Counted from the stretch's first letter, positions 1 to 14,500 are shown. The stretch: DNA of 64,000 bases from Octopus vulgaris (GCA_951406725.2 OX597819.1:85064001-85128000), one strand, 5' to 3'. The notes: a model not told the origin generated them from the letters alone. Numbers and translations are program-made.

Positions 1-2402
1 ACAACGCGCTAAGTAGCTGGAGGATTATTTGTGAGACAAGCGTGACATTTCTGGGGCTAATATTTGTTAATATTCATTGGGCTACATTTTGTTAAAACAT
101 CTAACTAAACTTGAACATGTGCTGGGCCTCGTTGGACACATATTAAAGAGCTTATCCTGCAAGAGCTAAAAACGAAAAAAAGAAAAAAAACCTATGGTCT
201 TAAAAAAAAACTCTTTACATCAAATTATATGTAATGATAGAATTCTGTCATAAATTTATCTTTTGTTGAGGCATGTGTTATGATACGTTGCATTTGAAAT
301 ATGTATACCCAGTTTCCAGCGATCCAGTGCAGCATTTTCCCTACGCATTGAAATACTATTTTTAAAAATTGGCACTAAGTTAACCCTCTCAGACCTGGGC
401 CTCTGTGTCTAACTTTATCTTCCACTTGGGCTCCTAAGCAAAAAAAAACAAAAACAAAAAACAAAAACAAAACAAAACAAAAAACAAAAAAACAAAAACA
501 AAAACAAAAAACAAAATGTGGTTGCATATATAATACATACTAACGATTACAGGAAAATCGATGGACAGAATCACAAAAAATTCTGGAGAATAACAATAAT
601 AGGCCTATCTCTCAACTACCGAATTTATTCACTCGAGTCGTTATTTTCCTTATCCCTTTCACCAGTTTGATTGTCCGAATCACTGTCATTGCCGGCGTAA
701 GTGTAAACTCTTGGCCCGAAGAATAAATATCATTATTAATTCCCTCAGCTGCAAAGAGTTTAAGCCTTGGTCCGTTACAAGACGTAGCGCTGGGTTCATT
801 ACGTACTTATTTCATCGCAAAATAGATTTTTTTTCCGATTATAAACAAAAGTAAATGACAGTTATGGAATACGGCTTGACTGATTTAAACATATACTTTG
901 GGAATTGTCTGTTCGTATAGATGTATCCAGCAATGGTAGTTAATGTACAAATTTGAAAGAATGAAAGGCAGAGTCGAAACTGGGGTGGGATTTGAATTTT
1001 GAGCATATGGATGCAATCAAGTATTAAAAGGCCACAAAATATTCATAACTATTCAACGTATAAAACTTTCATGAACATACGTAAATTCTCAAGAAAGAAA
1101 ATAATTAGGTCATAAACTTTCTTCTGCTGCCGTCTTTTTCAACTCTCTGTACTTGGTTTTCTAGTGTCTTTCAAGTAAGTCATTATAAATAACGATTTCC
1201 GATATCAGTATCTGGAACAAGAGAGTGATAGCAGCCCGGATTTTCGTGAATAGAGGATAGTTTGTGTTTTGTGGTCTGCACTGTATTGATTCCCTGATGT
1301 TAAACACTTATACTTCAGTGTAAATATATATTCACCATCTCTTTAACAAAGATTGGCTTTGTGCCAAAGTAATAAGTCTTGCACCTGATCAACAGAAAGA
1401 ATTATCTTCAAAGGTAAATCCATTAAAATCGGTCAATCAACAATGGACTAAAAATTAGAATCTCAGTCTCCTGACATTAGTAGCATGCTTGTCTGTCTGG
1501 TAATCTAGGTATAGGTTGATTATCATCATCTGATCAGATTAGGAGTATTGGTTGACTGACCGACAAACTTTTTGTGGCAATTAATTTGTGTTTTTACTTC
1601 TTGAGTTCATATCCCACGGAAGTCGTTTTTTGATTTTCTACTGCCTTCGGGGAGTCTGCAAAAGAAGTACTATTAAAATATTAGAGCTTATTAAATCGAC
1701 TATAAAATATATGCCCTGGTGTTATTAGAGAACATAAAGGAGAGACGGCCAAAGTGAATATGAGTTCAGTTCAGATCTGCCGTTGATGTTATGTTGTTTG
1801 GAGGCAACATTGCTTCAGTTCAATTTTAGTAGGAATAGATAGAAGAGCATTGTAGTTTGGCCACAGACCGAACTCTCCTACTAGTTTCAACAGGATTTGA
1901 TCAGCAGCCTCTGTGTAGTAGATATTGTGCTGCAGAAGCAACAGTATCTTCCTGGTTAAATTCATCACAAAGAGAACACCACCAGTTGTTGAACGTTTCT
2001 TCCAGCCATGAAAAATTCCTTCTGTTTATGTAAAAAAAAATAGGAGGAAACAGTAGAAACGACGGAGTTTAGAGTGAAAAGTTTTACAGCATTTATTTTC
2101 CTCCTATACACTTCAGAAATGTAACCTCACGTGGACTGTTGGCGATCTTTCCTTATTTTTCCTTCTCTCTCTTTAGACTTTCCAGTCTTCGACAGAAGAC
2201 AAGAATTTTATCTGCAATAATCAGCAACACCAGCTACTAACCATGAACTATAAAATAACTTTTATCAGCTTATCGAACTTCGATATGGGAAAAATTTACA
2301 ACCTTCTACACCAATAAAACACTATTGTGCCTGAAAGTTGTTTTTCATACTTTCTACGAGCAACTTGAAGCTTACTAACTCCGCAACCTTGAATCTTACC
2401 TT

Positions 2403-2539
<137 letters not shown>

Positions 2540-2979
2540 GAATAAGAAATAGAATGTCCTTGGTATGGCATTATATATTTGAAAAAATTAATAGAAATGG
2601 GTTTTTTGATCATTTTTCCACTTTGATAATTTAGATATTTATAAAGAAGACCACACATACACACGTACACAAATACGCACACACAAGAGCATGGGGCCTT
2701 ACGCATACATACACAAAGAGGCCCAAACACACATATACATTTATTCATTCACATACATTCGCATATATATATATGTACACATACATAAGTACACAAACAT
2801 GTGTGTATAATAAAAAGAAGGAAAAGAAAAGAAAAAAGGAGGGGAAAGAGAACGAAGCGGATCAAAAACAAAGAAACTGTCAATGAGAAAGGTGACCAAA
2901 AGTATGTGTGTACTTTTTTGTTAACATCTAATTATTAAAGTGGAAAAAATTATCAGAAAAGCCATTTCTATTCATTTTT

Positions 2980-3135
2980 GTGGCTGTGTGGTAAGTAGCT
3001 TACTTACCAACCACATGGTTCCGGGTTCAGTCCCACTGCGTGGCACCTTGGGCAAGTGTCTTCTACTATAGCCTCGGGCCGACCAATGCCTTGTGAGTGG
3101 ATTTGGTAGACGGAAACTGAAAGAAGCCTGTCGTA
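2980..3135 (+). mobile_element. SINE family A head (tRNA-derived, CORE-like; Octopus OR-type by recollection)
   Basis: Has GTGGCTGTGTGGTAAG (A box), GGGTTCAGTCCC (B box-like) and GGCACCTTGGGCAAGTG (CORE-like). The same head recurs at about 11993, 35045, 44247, 47773 and 60262. Confidence 0.85.
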
Positions 3136-3202
<67 letters not shown>

Positions 3203-3727
3203 GTGTGTATAAACATGTACATTATTTGCATGCGCATTGTGTATATGTATATTGTATGTATGTGTATTGTATATGTACGTGTACAATTAAGTGTATATAT
3301 TTGTGTGTATGTGTGCACTGTATATATGTATATTGTAGGTGTGCTATATGTGCATGAATACATGTATATGCATTGCGTGTATATATATGTATGCATTGTG
3401 TGTGTATGTATGTTATGTGTGTGTGTGTGTATATATATATTATATGTATGCGTACATGTATGTGTATGCATTGTATGTATGTGTGTTGTGTGTATATGTG
3501 GTACATCTATGTATGTGTATGTAAACACTATTTATATGTATATGTGTATATATGTATATGCATTGTCTATATATATATATATTATATGTATGTATTGCGT
3601 ATGTATATTGCATGCATATATTGTGTATGTATATTACTTACATGCTGTATGTGTGTATTGTATGTGTGTATATATATGCTAGGTGTATTTGTGTGATATT
3701 TATATTATGTATGTATGTGTGCGTGTG

Positions 3728-3768
<41 letters not shown>

Positions 3769-3970
3769 TTATATATCTGTGTATGTTATATATAGATACA
3801 TGTTATATTTGTGTGCTGTGTGTATATGTGATATATGTGGGTGCGTTGTGTGTGGGTGTGTGTGTTCTGTGTGTGTGTGTGTTGTTTGTATGTGGTGTGT
3901 GTTTGTATACTATGTGTGTGTGTGTGTGTTGTTGTGTGTGTGTGTGTTTGTGTGTATATATATGTGTGTG
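3135..3970. repeat. Long degenerate (TA)/(TG)/(TATG) low-complexity tract
   Basis: About 830 bp of mixed TA/TG repeats directly after a SINE A head. Confidence 0.9.
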
Positions 3971-4329
3971 ACAAACAGACGCTGTCTGACCAGCAGGCAC
4001 GGACACATCTATTCACACCCGCATACTAACCTCCTGATAACCCCAAAATCATTCATGCATAAAGGGGAAGTATACACCACATTGGCTACTTCTTCTGTTC
4101 TCTCAGTTCAGCCTTTCTGCTAATACTGACAGGTCAGTAAAAACATACTTAAAATATTCTGAGATGTACAAAAAATCCATTTTAATTTTTGCTGTCAAAA
4201 CGCTGTATATATATACCAAAGATTGTATATATATACATGTAATGTGACAATTTGCGACAACCAATAATTAACGCAACCAATTCCCAATAATATATTTGTT
4301 TTATCCTTTTCTGCCAAATTTTCCCAAAT

Positions 4330-4558
4330 AATGTGACAATTATGTATAAAAAAACATTTTTGAATTCATAATATCCAATGTGACAATTATGTAAAAAACT
4401 TTTTTGAATGCATAATATTCAATGTGACAATTATGTAAAAAACTTTTTTTGAACCCATAATATCCAATGTGACAATTATGTAAAAAACTTTTTTGAATGC
4501 ATAATATTCAATGTGACAATTATGTAAAAAACTTTTTTTGAACCCATATTATTCAATG
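4330..4558. repeat. Minisatellite, 5 units of about 44-47 bp
   Basis: Unit AATGTGACAATTATGTAAAAAACTTTTTTGAA(TG/CC)CATAATAT(T/C)C, starting at 4330, 4377, 4421, 4466 and 4510. Confidence 0.92.
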
Positions 4559-4652
4559 TTTCCTTAAATGTAACTTTTGACAATCTTTTACCAAAGAGTG
4601 AAACCGGTTAAGTAAATAAACATCGTTTAAATTGCATTTTCAAACCTTTTTT

Positions 4653-4699
<47 letters not shown>

Positions 4700-4703
<4 letters not shown>

Positions 4704-4909
4704 ATATGTTTGTGTGTCTGCTTTTGTCCCCCTAGCTTTGCTTGACAACCAATGCTGGTGTGTTTATGTCCCCGTCACATAGCGGTTCGGCAAAAGTGAC
4801 CGATAGAATAAGTACTGGGCTTACAAAGAATAAATCCCGGGGTCGATTTGCTCATCTAAAGGCGGTGCTCCAGCATGGCCGCAGTTAAATGATTGAAACA
4901 AATAAAAGA

Positions 4910-4910
<1 letters not shown>
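4700..4910 (+). mobile_element. SINE family A 3' module
   Basis: GCTTGACAACC...GGTGTGTTTATGTCCCCGT...AAGGCGGTGCTCCAGCATGGCCGCAG...GAAACAAATAAAAG; the same module recurs many times in the window. Confidence 0.85.
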
Positions 4911-4949
<39 letters not shown>

Positions 4950-6143
4950 GTGTGTGTTAGAAACTGTAAGAAGGGGTGAATCGCTTGATATTTCGTAATC
5001 GTGTATTGGAGATTAGTGCTGCTTAGTTACATTTATGGACGTGATTTGAACCTAGCATAGTACATCAATGCAACACTCGAAAAAAAAATCATACTGTTCT
5101 TCCGCCACTTACATCGATAGTTTACGCCTGGGTGTATTTTCTATTTAGTACTTTCTATAGTACACACCGTCAGCGAAACTTTCAGGGTATCGGTCAAAAA
5201 TCACAGTAGAGGGTATCACTAATACCTTACGGCCTCCGCAAATCTTTCAGATAATTAATGTTTAACGGTTCTGAAGATTGATTCCGATAATTTCAGCTGC
5301 TGTTCGTTAATTCTTCTTTGTAGTACCTATACTTCAGATTACCTTTCAAAGTTACCTATGTTATCTTTATCTCCTTTTGCATTACTGTAGGCTGTTGGTA
5401 TAATAATTCTCATAACCCTCGAGTAAAATCACTGACAGTTTTCCTCGGATAAATCTGTAGAATATTTATTAACTTATCTCTACAGTCACGATAATCCCTT
5501 TATCTTTTATTGTTGACGTGCTGGACAGTGTGTAAACAAATAATGGGATAAAGCTGCGAGAGAACTTTCGTTATCTCTAGTTTGGAATAACGTCACATTG
5601 ATTGTCGTTTCTAGAACTGTGATATAGTTAAAATAATCGAAAATATTTTCTAGGCCACGAATTAATCACTAACTTATCTTCTTACGTGACTTATCTTAAT
5701 CATTTTCTTTATTACACAAGCATTATTTGAAGAAGGGAAAGAGAAAAGTAGAAAACTAGAATATTGCTTACATTAAATTGTTACGCATACATATATATAC
5801 ACATATTTACAGACACTCGCGTGTATATGCATTAATATAGTAAATTCATTCAGTCACTTGTATAGATACTTACATTTACAATACTTACAGAGTGTACTGG
5901 AAACTATTCATCGTATTCTATTTACTTATCTGAGATCAGAAAGCAAGATATTTGTCTTGTGCCATTGCAGCGAATATCACACTTCATGTGATATTCGTGA
6001 CGTTCGAATGGCACAAAATGAAATTCTTTGATTTCGACGACAGACGAGCTTACTCTCAAACCAAGTGACGCCAGTGCTATTTTATATCGTCACCTTGTTA
6101 TTTCTACTTCTTTAACGTTTGTAGCGACGACTTCCACAAATAC

Positions 6144-6174
<31 letters not shown>

Positions 6175-6424
6175 GTGCATGTGCGTGCATACATACATAC
6201 ACACACACACACAGACACAGACACAGACACACACACACCCACACACTTCCTCGATTTCAGCACAACGTATTTCTGTAGTGGGTATATAATAATATGTGAA
6301 AATTGACGATTTAAATGTCTGTTATCAGCATATTGGCATAATTTTAACCTTTAAAGGTATTTTAATATGCTGCCACTTTTTGATGAAATTTTTTTCTCTA
6401 AAAAAAATTCATCCTATATTAGTA

Positions 6425-6485
<61 letters not shown>

Positions 6486-6949
6486 TAGCTTATTAGCAAT
6501 TTAACAACCTAAAGGCAAAATTATAGACGTCACTAAAGTGACAGAAAGTACTGAGTAGTACCAGCATTGTTATAGAAGTATATATATATATCCAGTCTCG
6601 ATATATGAATGCGTACATTTGTTTGTGTATATAAATACGCACGTGCATTTATTAATCGTAACTGAATTTTTATCTCGCGGCTTGAGTTTCACGTCACTAC
6701 GATCTTTTGGCGAGAATTGTTACAACATTGTTATTTGAGATATATTTATATTAGTTTGTATGGTTGTGGTCTCATGCTTGTGTTTGTTCATTGGCATGCG
6801 CCTGCCGATTGGCTGTTAGTCTTATCTTTTTAACAGTTATTTTTTTTTTGCATAAATGACTATATAAATATACATGTATATATACATATGTATTAACACA
6901 TATACACTTATACATACCTATGTATCTATACAAATACGTGTAATTATTC

Positions 6950-7200
6950 ATTCAATCGCTGACGATTTGGGTCAGCGGTTGCGATTGATGGTCTTAGATC
7001 ACGATGCTTTTCTTCCTGAATATCTTCATCCATTTGTGTACGTTGTTTTGTCAATGATGTCATTTCTGTAAACAACATGTAGCTTCCTGTGGATATTGGG
7101 AAGTCTGTACCCTCAATTTTTGCTAAGAAGTTAATGACGGCTCGTTGCTTCTACTTCTGCTTGGAAATTATTATTTGCTTACCACGAAGAAGTATAAGAA
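6950..7200 (-). mobile_element. Decayed mariner transposase N-terminal remnant
   Basis: The minus strand reads approximately QRAVINFLAKIEG..IHRKLHVVY, typical of the mariner HTH start. Confidence 0.5.
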
Positions 7201-7399
7201 ATAAAGTTACTATAGAGGAAAAGTTGCTCCACTAATAGCTGCAATTCGGACGATTCAGATCAGTTGATAAAAAAAATGTTATGATTACTTTTGCATTACT
7301 TTCAGTACAACCCTTGCACATAGAGTGCTACTTTAGTTGTATGTATGTATGTATGTATGTATGTATGTATGTATGTATGTATGTATGTATGTATGTATG

Positions 7400-7630
7400 T
7401 ACGTGTCTTTGTGTCTGTGTTTGTCCCCTATCACCGCTTGACAACCGGTGTTGGTGTGTTTACGTCCCCGTAACTTAGCAGTTTGGCTAAAGTGAAAGAC
7501 AGAATATGTACCAAGCATAAAAAATAACAGAAAAGTACTGGGGTTGATTCATTCGACTAAAATTCTTAAAGACAGTGCCCCAGCATGGCCACAGTTTAAT
7601 GACTGAAACAAATAAAACGATAAAAGAATT
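7400..7630 (+). mobile_element. SINE family A 3' module after (TATG)n
   Basis: Same module as 4700-4910. Confidence 0.85.
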
Positions 7631-7731
7631 AAGAAAAATAGTTGCTACACAAGAAGGTGCCAACCATGCACAACTGAGACAACGTTTGACGTGGGTCAAT
7701 GAAAAAAAAGACGTACCATTTTGTTCATATT

Positions 7732-7946
7732 GAATCAAATTTTGGCACAAGACCCATCAATTTCAGGGAAGGGGATAAATCGATTACATAGACCCTAGTG
7801 TTCAACTGGTACTTATTTTACCATCGATCACAAAAGGATGGAAGGTAAAGTCAACGTCGGTGGAATTTGAACTCAGAACGTAGAGACGGACGAAATACTG
7901 CTAAGCATTTTGCCCGGCGCAGTAACGATTCTGCTGGTTCGCCGCC
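7732..7946 (-). mobile_element. SINE family B (tRNA head + Nin/Deu-like domain)
   Basis: Reverse complement of GGCGGCGA.C..GCAGAATCGTTA...GAGTTCAAATTCC...GACTTT.CCTT.CATCC...TAAGTACCAG. Confidence 0.85.
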
Positions 7947-8361
7947 TTACCTTTTGTAGATATTAATAACCATCGCTGTGTATTGACCGACATAGCAACA
8001 AATGCTACCAGCATGTTAGATCTTATGACAGTGTAAGTAATTCAACGCCTTTCTTTCCTGTAATTATTTATTAATAAATTTTGCATGAACCACAATCACC
8101 GATCAAAGCAAAACTCCCATAAAATATTATTTTTTAACTGTTGTAACTTCTCACAAAGTTTTGGATTAATATAGTGGCTTATCTTTCATGCTATGTTCAG
8201 CCTGCGGCCTTAATCGGTTCCTTTCGAGTGAAGGCTGCTGCTAAATGATGAATGATTTAAAAAGAACTTTTTAAAGACATTTAATAAAAGGATAGATTGA
8301 CTCAGGAAGCAATTTTCGTTTATTATAAATAATTAATTTGTTTAACCATTTTGTATGTATA

Positions 8362-8850
8362 TATGTCATTATTCAGTTATTTCAATATTTCTCGTCAAAA
8401 GAGGAAAAGCCGGTTTCTAACCAAGATTCAAGGCTCCTTCATCGAAATTTCAACATCAGCTGGGTATTTTTGTATGAATATATGTACTTTTTATTCAGTT
8501 TTATTTCAAGATTTCTCGTCAATAGAGAAAGAGCCAATTTCTAGAGTATTATGTATGTATGTATGTATGCATGTATGTATGTATGTACATGTACAGATTT
8601 ATATATTTTGTTTTATGCATGTACACTCATGCATAGAGTTGCATGTCTAGACATGGTCGTATTACTTAAATGATAAACTCTTGGAAAGTTTTACAGGTTT
8701 TACAGTTTCAGTGATGGCTTGGAATCAGCTTCCTCTTTTCTGGTTTTGAGTAGTCTTCGAATCAGCTTTTCCTTTCTGGTTTTGAGAAGCCTAATTTCTC
8801 AAGATTGGTATTTAGGCAGTGTGTTACATATCACCGTGCTCCACTAATTA
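8362..8850 (-). mobile_element. 3' UTR fragment of the R4/Dong-like LINE seen at 61365-62292
   Basis: Shares CATGTCTAGACATGGTC, TCGAATCAGCTTT, CCTAATTTCTCAAGA and GAGCC/AAGGCTCCTTCAT blocks with 61365-61720. The terminal unit is partly duplicated and abuts TATG-like repeats. Confidence 0.75.
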
Positions 8851-10699
8851 CAGGTATAAACCTGAACTTGTAAGCTGGATAGAGTAGCTGTAGATTCCTC
8901 AATTGTTCAGCATAGTATGTGTGTATGTATATTTATAATATATACGAGAGTGTGATCTTGTGCCATTAAAAAAATCAATCATTGTAAATGATTCAGGCGA
9001 AATAAACGAGTGTTGATTCGTAAATGCATTTCGTTGCTATTATGCTAAAGTGTCGTAAATCCAAAATGTTGCTTTATCTGAAAACGAAAAAATAGTTTCA
9101 CCATTCCATTTCTTTTTTTACATTAGCAAAACCGTTGCACTACATTTTGACAATTTTCATATCTTGGCATCTGAAGTAGCTGGAGATACGATAGTTTGAC
9201 CAAGAGAACCGGCTATTGCAAGCAAAAATAAATATTGAAAAAACGTATTTGGTCAAATTTGGACATACGACAGTTTAACATAATAACAACGATTTAATCT
9301 TTAGTACAGCATTAGTAAAACACAAATATTTCTATCATACAGGCAAGCCCATAAAATTTTATTGGAGTTTAAAATCGATTATATCACTCCAACATTTGGC
9401 TGGTACATTTTTTTATCGGCACCAGGAAGGATGAAAGATAATGTTGACCTAATTGAGATTTGAACTTCGAACGCAAGGAGACAAATGTCACAAAGTAAGT
9501 ATTTAGTTACGTCTCTACTGATGCTGTCAATAACAATATGGGGATTGCTTCAACATCTCATTAAATTGATCATCCTCGTTATCATAATTATTGCTTAACT
9601 GCTGTAATGTCAGAAGTGTGATGTACAAAGTAACAGAAGCTGACGTTTCGCGCAGGGTAATTCGTCAGAGAGATGCTCAACTTAAAACGTTAATCTAAAC
9701 ATCCCTCAGAAAACTAATTTACCTAAATACATACAATACATTCTATATACGCACAACATACAACAAAGGAAAATTTGGCTTATGCTTTCTATTCAACTCG
9801 TTACAACACAAATTGCTGATTCTGCTGACCCAAAAGGAATTTGAATTAGCTGCTCGAAATAACAAGTGAAATCTCCCTCAAATCGTACTCTACCGATTTA
9901 AATAAGTTGTAATGTGGATCCTCGTTCACTTGTATGTTATTGTCGGCACTGCAATATTCTTGTTACCACTATTATGTTGTGGCGGTATTCGGCTCTTATT
10001 ACCTTCGACTCGTGTATCATGCTATTGATTATAGCTTCGCAAGACAATGACTTTGAAACGTCTACGTTGACATAAGTGACACTGACTCCAACTGAGAACT
10101 CGTACAACGACTCTACTACTACTGACTTTCTACAACGACTGACTGTCTGACTTTATAGTGGCTGAGTCATACCACTTTTTCACATGGGAAGAGATGTACC
10201 ATTTTCACTACAATAGGATGATGTAGTCGTAGATCGACCATTTCATAGAAGAGACGGATTGGATACGCATGGAACACTTTTTATCAGAGGTATGCTTGAT
10301 CAGATCAGACCTGGGTCTAAACATCAACAACTACTAACTCTGTAATTTATAGTTGATTTTCTTTATTCTACGCTTGTTCTTGCTTAACCCCAGGTCATCT
10401 ATAATTGAGCAGACCTATGATCAAACATATTCCAGCGGTAAAAACATTTTTTGTATGTTTGGAACTACATTGTCCAAAGTTGTCTTTCTTCCGATGTGAT
10501 TTGAGGGAATTTTACTGCCATTTCTAGCTGGCCGAACGATTGTATAAAGGCTTTTTCTTTTTTTGTTGTTGGTTCTAAGATAGCTAATGGATGCTGTGGA
10601 GGGCACACATTGCTGACCATATCGAAAGAATTCATTAAAAAACCCAAACAAAACAAAACAAACTGTCCCACTAAGTATTTCAATATTAATAAAAACAAA

Positions 10700-10935
10700 G
10701 GCGGTGAGCTGGCCGAAACGTTAGCACGCCGGGCGAAATGCTTAGCGGTATTACGTCTGCCGCTACGTTCTAAGTTCAAATTCCGCCGAGGTCGACTTTG
10801 CCTTTCATCCTTTCGGCGTCGATTAAATAAGTACCAGTTACGCACTGGGTTCGATATAATCGATTTAATCCGTTTGTCTGTCCTTGTTTGTCCCCTCTAT
10901 GTATAGATCCTTGTGGGCAATAAAGAAATAAGAAA
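10700..10935 (+). mobile_element. SINE family B, full length
   Basis: GGCGGTGAGCTGGCCGAAACGTTAGCACGCCGGGCG...GTCGACTTTGCCTTTCATCCTTTCGG...AATAAAGAAATAAG. Confidence 0.9.
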
Positions 10936-11992
10936 TATGTTGCTAATGTTTTGCATGGATGCTGCAAGTTTCTATTTCCAGGAAATATTAAACCTCAATT
11001 GTTTTAACGTGCTGCTGTATTTCATGTACAAATTATGTTAAAAGTGACATTCAAAATAAACAGAAGAAAATGAAACAACGCTCGATAGGTAATGTTATTT
11101 GTATCAAAACAAAAACAAAGCACAAGGGATGTAAATTGTTTTGAGTTATTTCTTTCTTTGTACAGAACTCGGCTATAAAGTAAATTCAGTATGGAGAAGT
11201 ATTCAAATGCTTTGATTAATTTTATCCCCAAACAACATTTCTTGGTTAAAATCACTCTGTAGAAGGTGTCAATACTTAGGTTTTGGCAGCAACAATTTCA
11301 ACAATACTCTAAAATTACTTTTCGTTATAAAACTTTATTTTACTTTTTGTGATATTTTGTAATAATTTTTCATTTCCTTATTTATAACAACAGTAATTTT
11401 TGCTGTTCTTATTTTTCTTTATATTTATGCTGGTTGCTATTGTTCAAAGGTTTATTTTCATCCCACGTTATAACGTCCACGAATATATTGCAGTAAAGGC
11501 GAGGAAAAACAATGAAAGAGCTCAGTAAAATATCATATTACTCATTCAATTATTTTTATGTTGAATATGAATTGCTAAACGGGAAATTAAAAAAAAACAC
11601 AAGTAAACACAGAAACATTTAAGTAATTTTTTTTTTTGTTTTCGAGAACCTATTTTTCTTTCTCCCTTCGCATTTATCTTTTTTTCCAGATCGGTTGCTT
11701 CTGAGTGATAGCTGTTGCAATGAGAAGATATGTTTTTCTATCGACACTGGGTTCCTATTTGATTTTTTTAAATATAAACGAAGATAACCATTTCAATGAA
11801 CAGAAAACAACATCCATTATTATATTGTTGCCATTTCGTCTTCGGTAGAATACTTTTCCATGGTTTAGCTATCATAAAAAGAAACCACTGACTCTATCCA
11901 GTTAAAGGTCAAAAGAGTTCATGTATGAAAAACAGTCTCATTACATATTTCAACATACACACACATACACACGCACGCACACGCAGATACCA

Positions 11993-12150
11993 AGCGTGGC
12001 TATGTGGTAAGAATCTTACTTCCCAACCACATGGTTCTGGCTTCAGTCTCACTGCGTGACACGTTGGGTAGGTAGGTGTCTACTACTATAGCCTCGGGCC
12101 GACCAAAGCCTTGTAAGTAGATTTCGTAGACAAATTGAAAGAAGCCTGTA
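11993..12150 (+). mobile_element. SINE family A head
   Basis: Homologous to 2980-3135; followed by (TA)n. Confidence 0.85.
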
Positions 12151-12151
12151 T

Positions 12152-12194
<43 letters not shown>

Positions 12195-12329
12195 AGATAT
12201 TTAGAATATATCTCTGAGAAATTTAGAAATGCATTATTTCTATTTTTGCCATCAGTGGATTTATTTCACTAGAATTCTTATATGTTTACAAGGGTTAGAT
12301 AGGCATCTCAAACTAGCAGGCCATGCTAC

Positions 12330-12372
12330 TCCAGACTGATGACGAGGAAAGACTCAGAAACTAGTCTCTGGA
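12330..12372 (+). ncRNA. Minimal type-I hammerhead ribozyme motif
   Basis: TCCAGA-CTGATGA-CGAG gaaaga CTCA-GAAA-CTAG-TC^-TCTGGA: 6-bp stem I, intact core, palindromic CTAG stem III, GUC site; one mismatch at the base of stem II. Confidence 0.75.
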
Positions 12373-12536
12373 TGCAGGCTTAGCTGGGTGGGGGTGCTTG
12401 TCTCCCCCTTGTAAACATAATGACACAGGAAATCTGTCAAGGCCGACAGGAAGCGTTGCTGCTTCCTAGGGCTAAATAGCAGTAGTGTGATTCAATTCCC
12501 TTTATGGGACTGTCACATTAAGTTGACAGTATACAA

Positions 12537-12611
<75 letters not shown>

Positions 12612-13649
12612 GTAACAAACTGAGTAAAAGAAATCCTGTAAAGGGCTGTGTAAAACCTCCAGTTCACTGGAACGTCAGTTGAATACCACATAAATAAGGG
12701 TATAATGCAAATTACAAACAATAAATCAAATAGAGAGATTCAATTGACAATCAGATTATTTATATTATCATATAACTTAATATGCTATGAATATAATATA
12801 ACATAAAAATTTATTGAAAAAAACCAAAGAAGCCAACAATTTGTTGGCTACTTAAATAACATACAACAACAATATATAAGTATATAAATTAAGTAACAAT
12901 ATATACATATATAAATTAATTACCAGAGTCTTACTTAATCTAGAGACGTTAATAAAATTGTTTTTTTTTAATTGTAATTGTTATATAGTTGAAAAGTTAA
13001 CGCTCACGCTCATAAACATAGGCATTTGAAATATTTTTTTTGCAATCCAGCCGTCCTTTCACACGGAATTTCGTCTGTTTTTAAACCAAAGCTGTGAAGA
13101 GACTTATATAATTGGATATGAATTATTTATAAATCAAATCATATACATAAATCGAAACAAATTGTTGTCGTGTTTTGATTTTTAATAATTTTTAATGTTA
13201 TCTTATATTATGTTATGAATAAAATATTTGATTGTCAGTTGAATCTCTCTATTTAATTGATATATATATGTAGTATGTTTATATTATATAGAGTATGGAG
13301 ACTTACAACTATATACTCCGGATAATATTACTGTCCAGCGAATCAAGAACAGAATTACCCAGCGGAAGAATTCACAGAGTGACTTACAACTAATAATAGT
13401 CACAGACGTTAAATACTGATCGATGTGGCTAGCTGCAACTGGAGCTCAGCTGAGAGCCACCACGGTATCCGCCCGGATAATATATCCTTCCAAATTCACA
13501 ATTATGCACACACATATACATGCGCGCGCGCGTACACACAATTATTTTAGCATGAAATGAAACCACATTTATTAGATAAGTATTTTTAGCTTACCGTTTG
13601 TAAGTGGAGGAGTAATTATAACGTTTGCTGGCCGTTTTAGAGTGGTGAG

Positions 13650-14500
13650 ATCGATGCAAATTAAGTTTTATTTGAACATCTGTTAGTCGATATATGTTGG
13701 GAATAAGTGATTGAGCAAAGTATATCAGCGAGGTGCATTTTTGAGGAAGGTGGAGTGAACGAAGTGCTTTGTGCATGAACGTATTGGTGATGGTAAGGCA
13801 AATGGAAAATGAGTTAGGCGTGAGTATGATGGTCCTGGGTAAAGAGACTATGTAATTTGCTATTTCTGAGGAACAGAAACTGTTGTAATATCTGTAGAAA
13901 AGGCAGGGAAAAAATGGTAGTGCATTTGTCGACCAGTGATTGTAGTCTATTGATGAGTGAGCTTTCCCCAATCAGCTGGATGGCTTCGTTTTTGATATCT
14001 ACGATAGTTGTTATTGTTGCAGCATCATCTAATATATGTGAGCTGTAGCGTAATTTGGGTCTTAATTGAGCTTTGTAAGGAGTTAGCTACTAGTTAAGTC
14101 TGAAAGTTCTTTTGTTTTTTGGTTGTGGAGAGGAAGCCTAGTCCTTGGAATTCATTTTTGTGTATGTTATATATGTGAGGTTGCCATGAAAGATAAACAA
14201 AACCAGGAGGTCTAAAATTCAAAGTGTGTTAAGGGGTTTTAATTGTTTATGTCAGTCACAAGTTTGGAACGTGAGACAAGATTTTTCCTGAGTATGTATA
14301 AAATTTGCTTTCATACAGCTGAAGAATACGACCGCTTTATCTCTATTGGAGATTATTTTTAAGATCCCAGCTCACTTTAGCTGTGCTGCTGTGTGTAGAT
14401 GACTTATGTGTATGGACCGTTAGAAAAGATCGAAAGGGTAGCATGAGCTTTATTGTGTTGTTAAAAGTGACGCAAAATTAAAGTGCTGAGGGTATAACTG
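13650..14500 (-). mobile_element. Old CR1/Jockey-like LINE ORF2 3' remnant
   Basis: The minus strand gives approximately LYKAQLRPKLRYSSHI and LFYRYYNSFCSSEIA, typical of the post-RT C-terminus; heavily decayed. Confidence 0.55.

Noticed and set aside
1-330. Possible Tc1 3' remnant (LEHVLGLVG resembles IEHVWD)
   Set aside because: Too degenerate and cut by the window edge.
9638-9671. Minus-strand CTGACGA...GAAACGTC hammerhead core
   Set aside because: Stem II does not pair and stem I is only about 2 bp; counted only as a possible decayed remnant.
9908-10212. Possible solo LTR (TG...CA, TATA-like motif on the minus strand)
   Set aside because: No convincing TSD, PBS or second copy.
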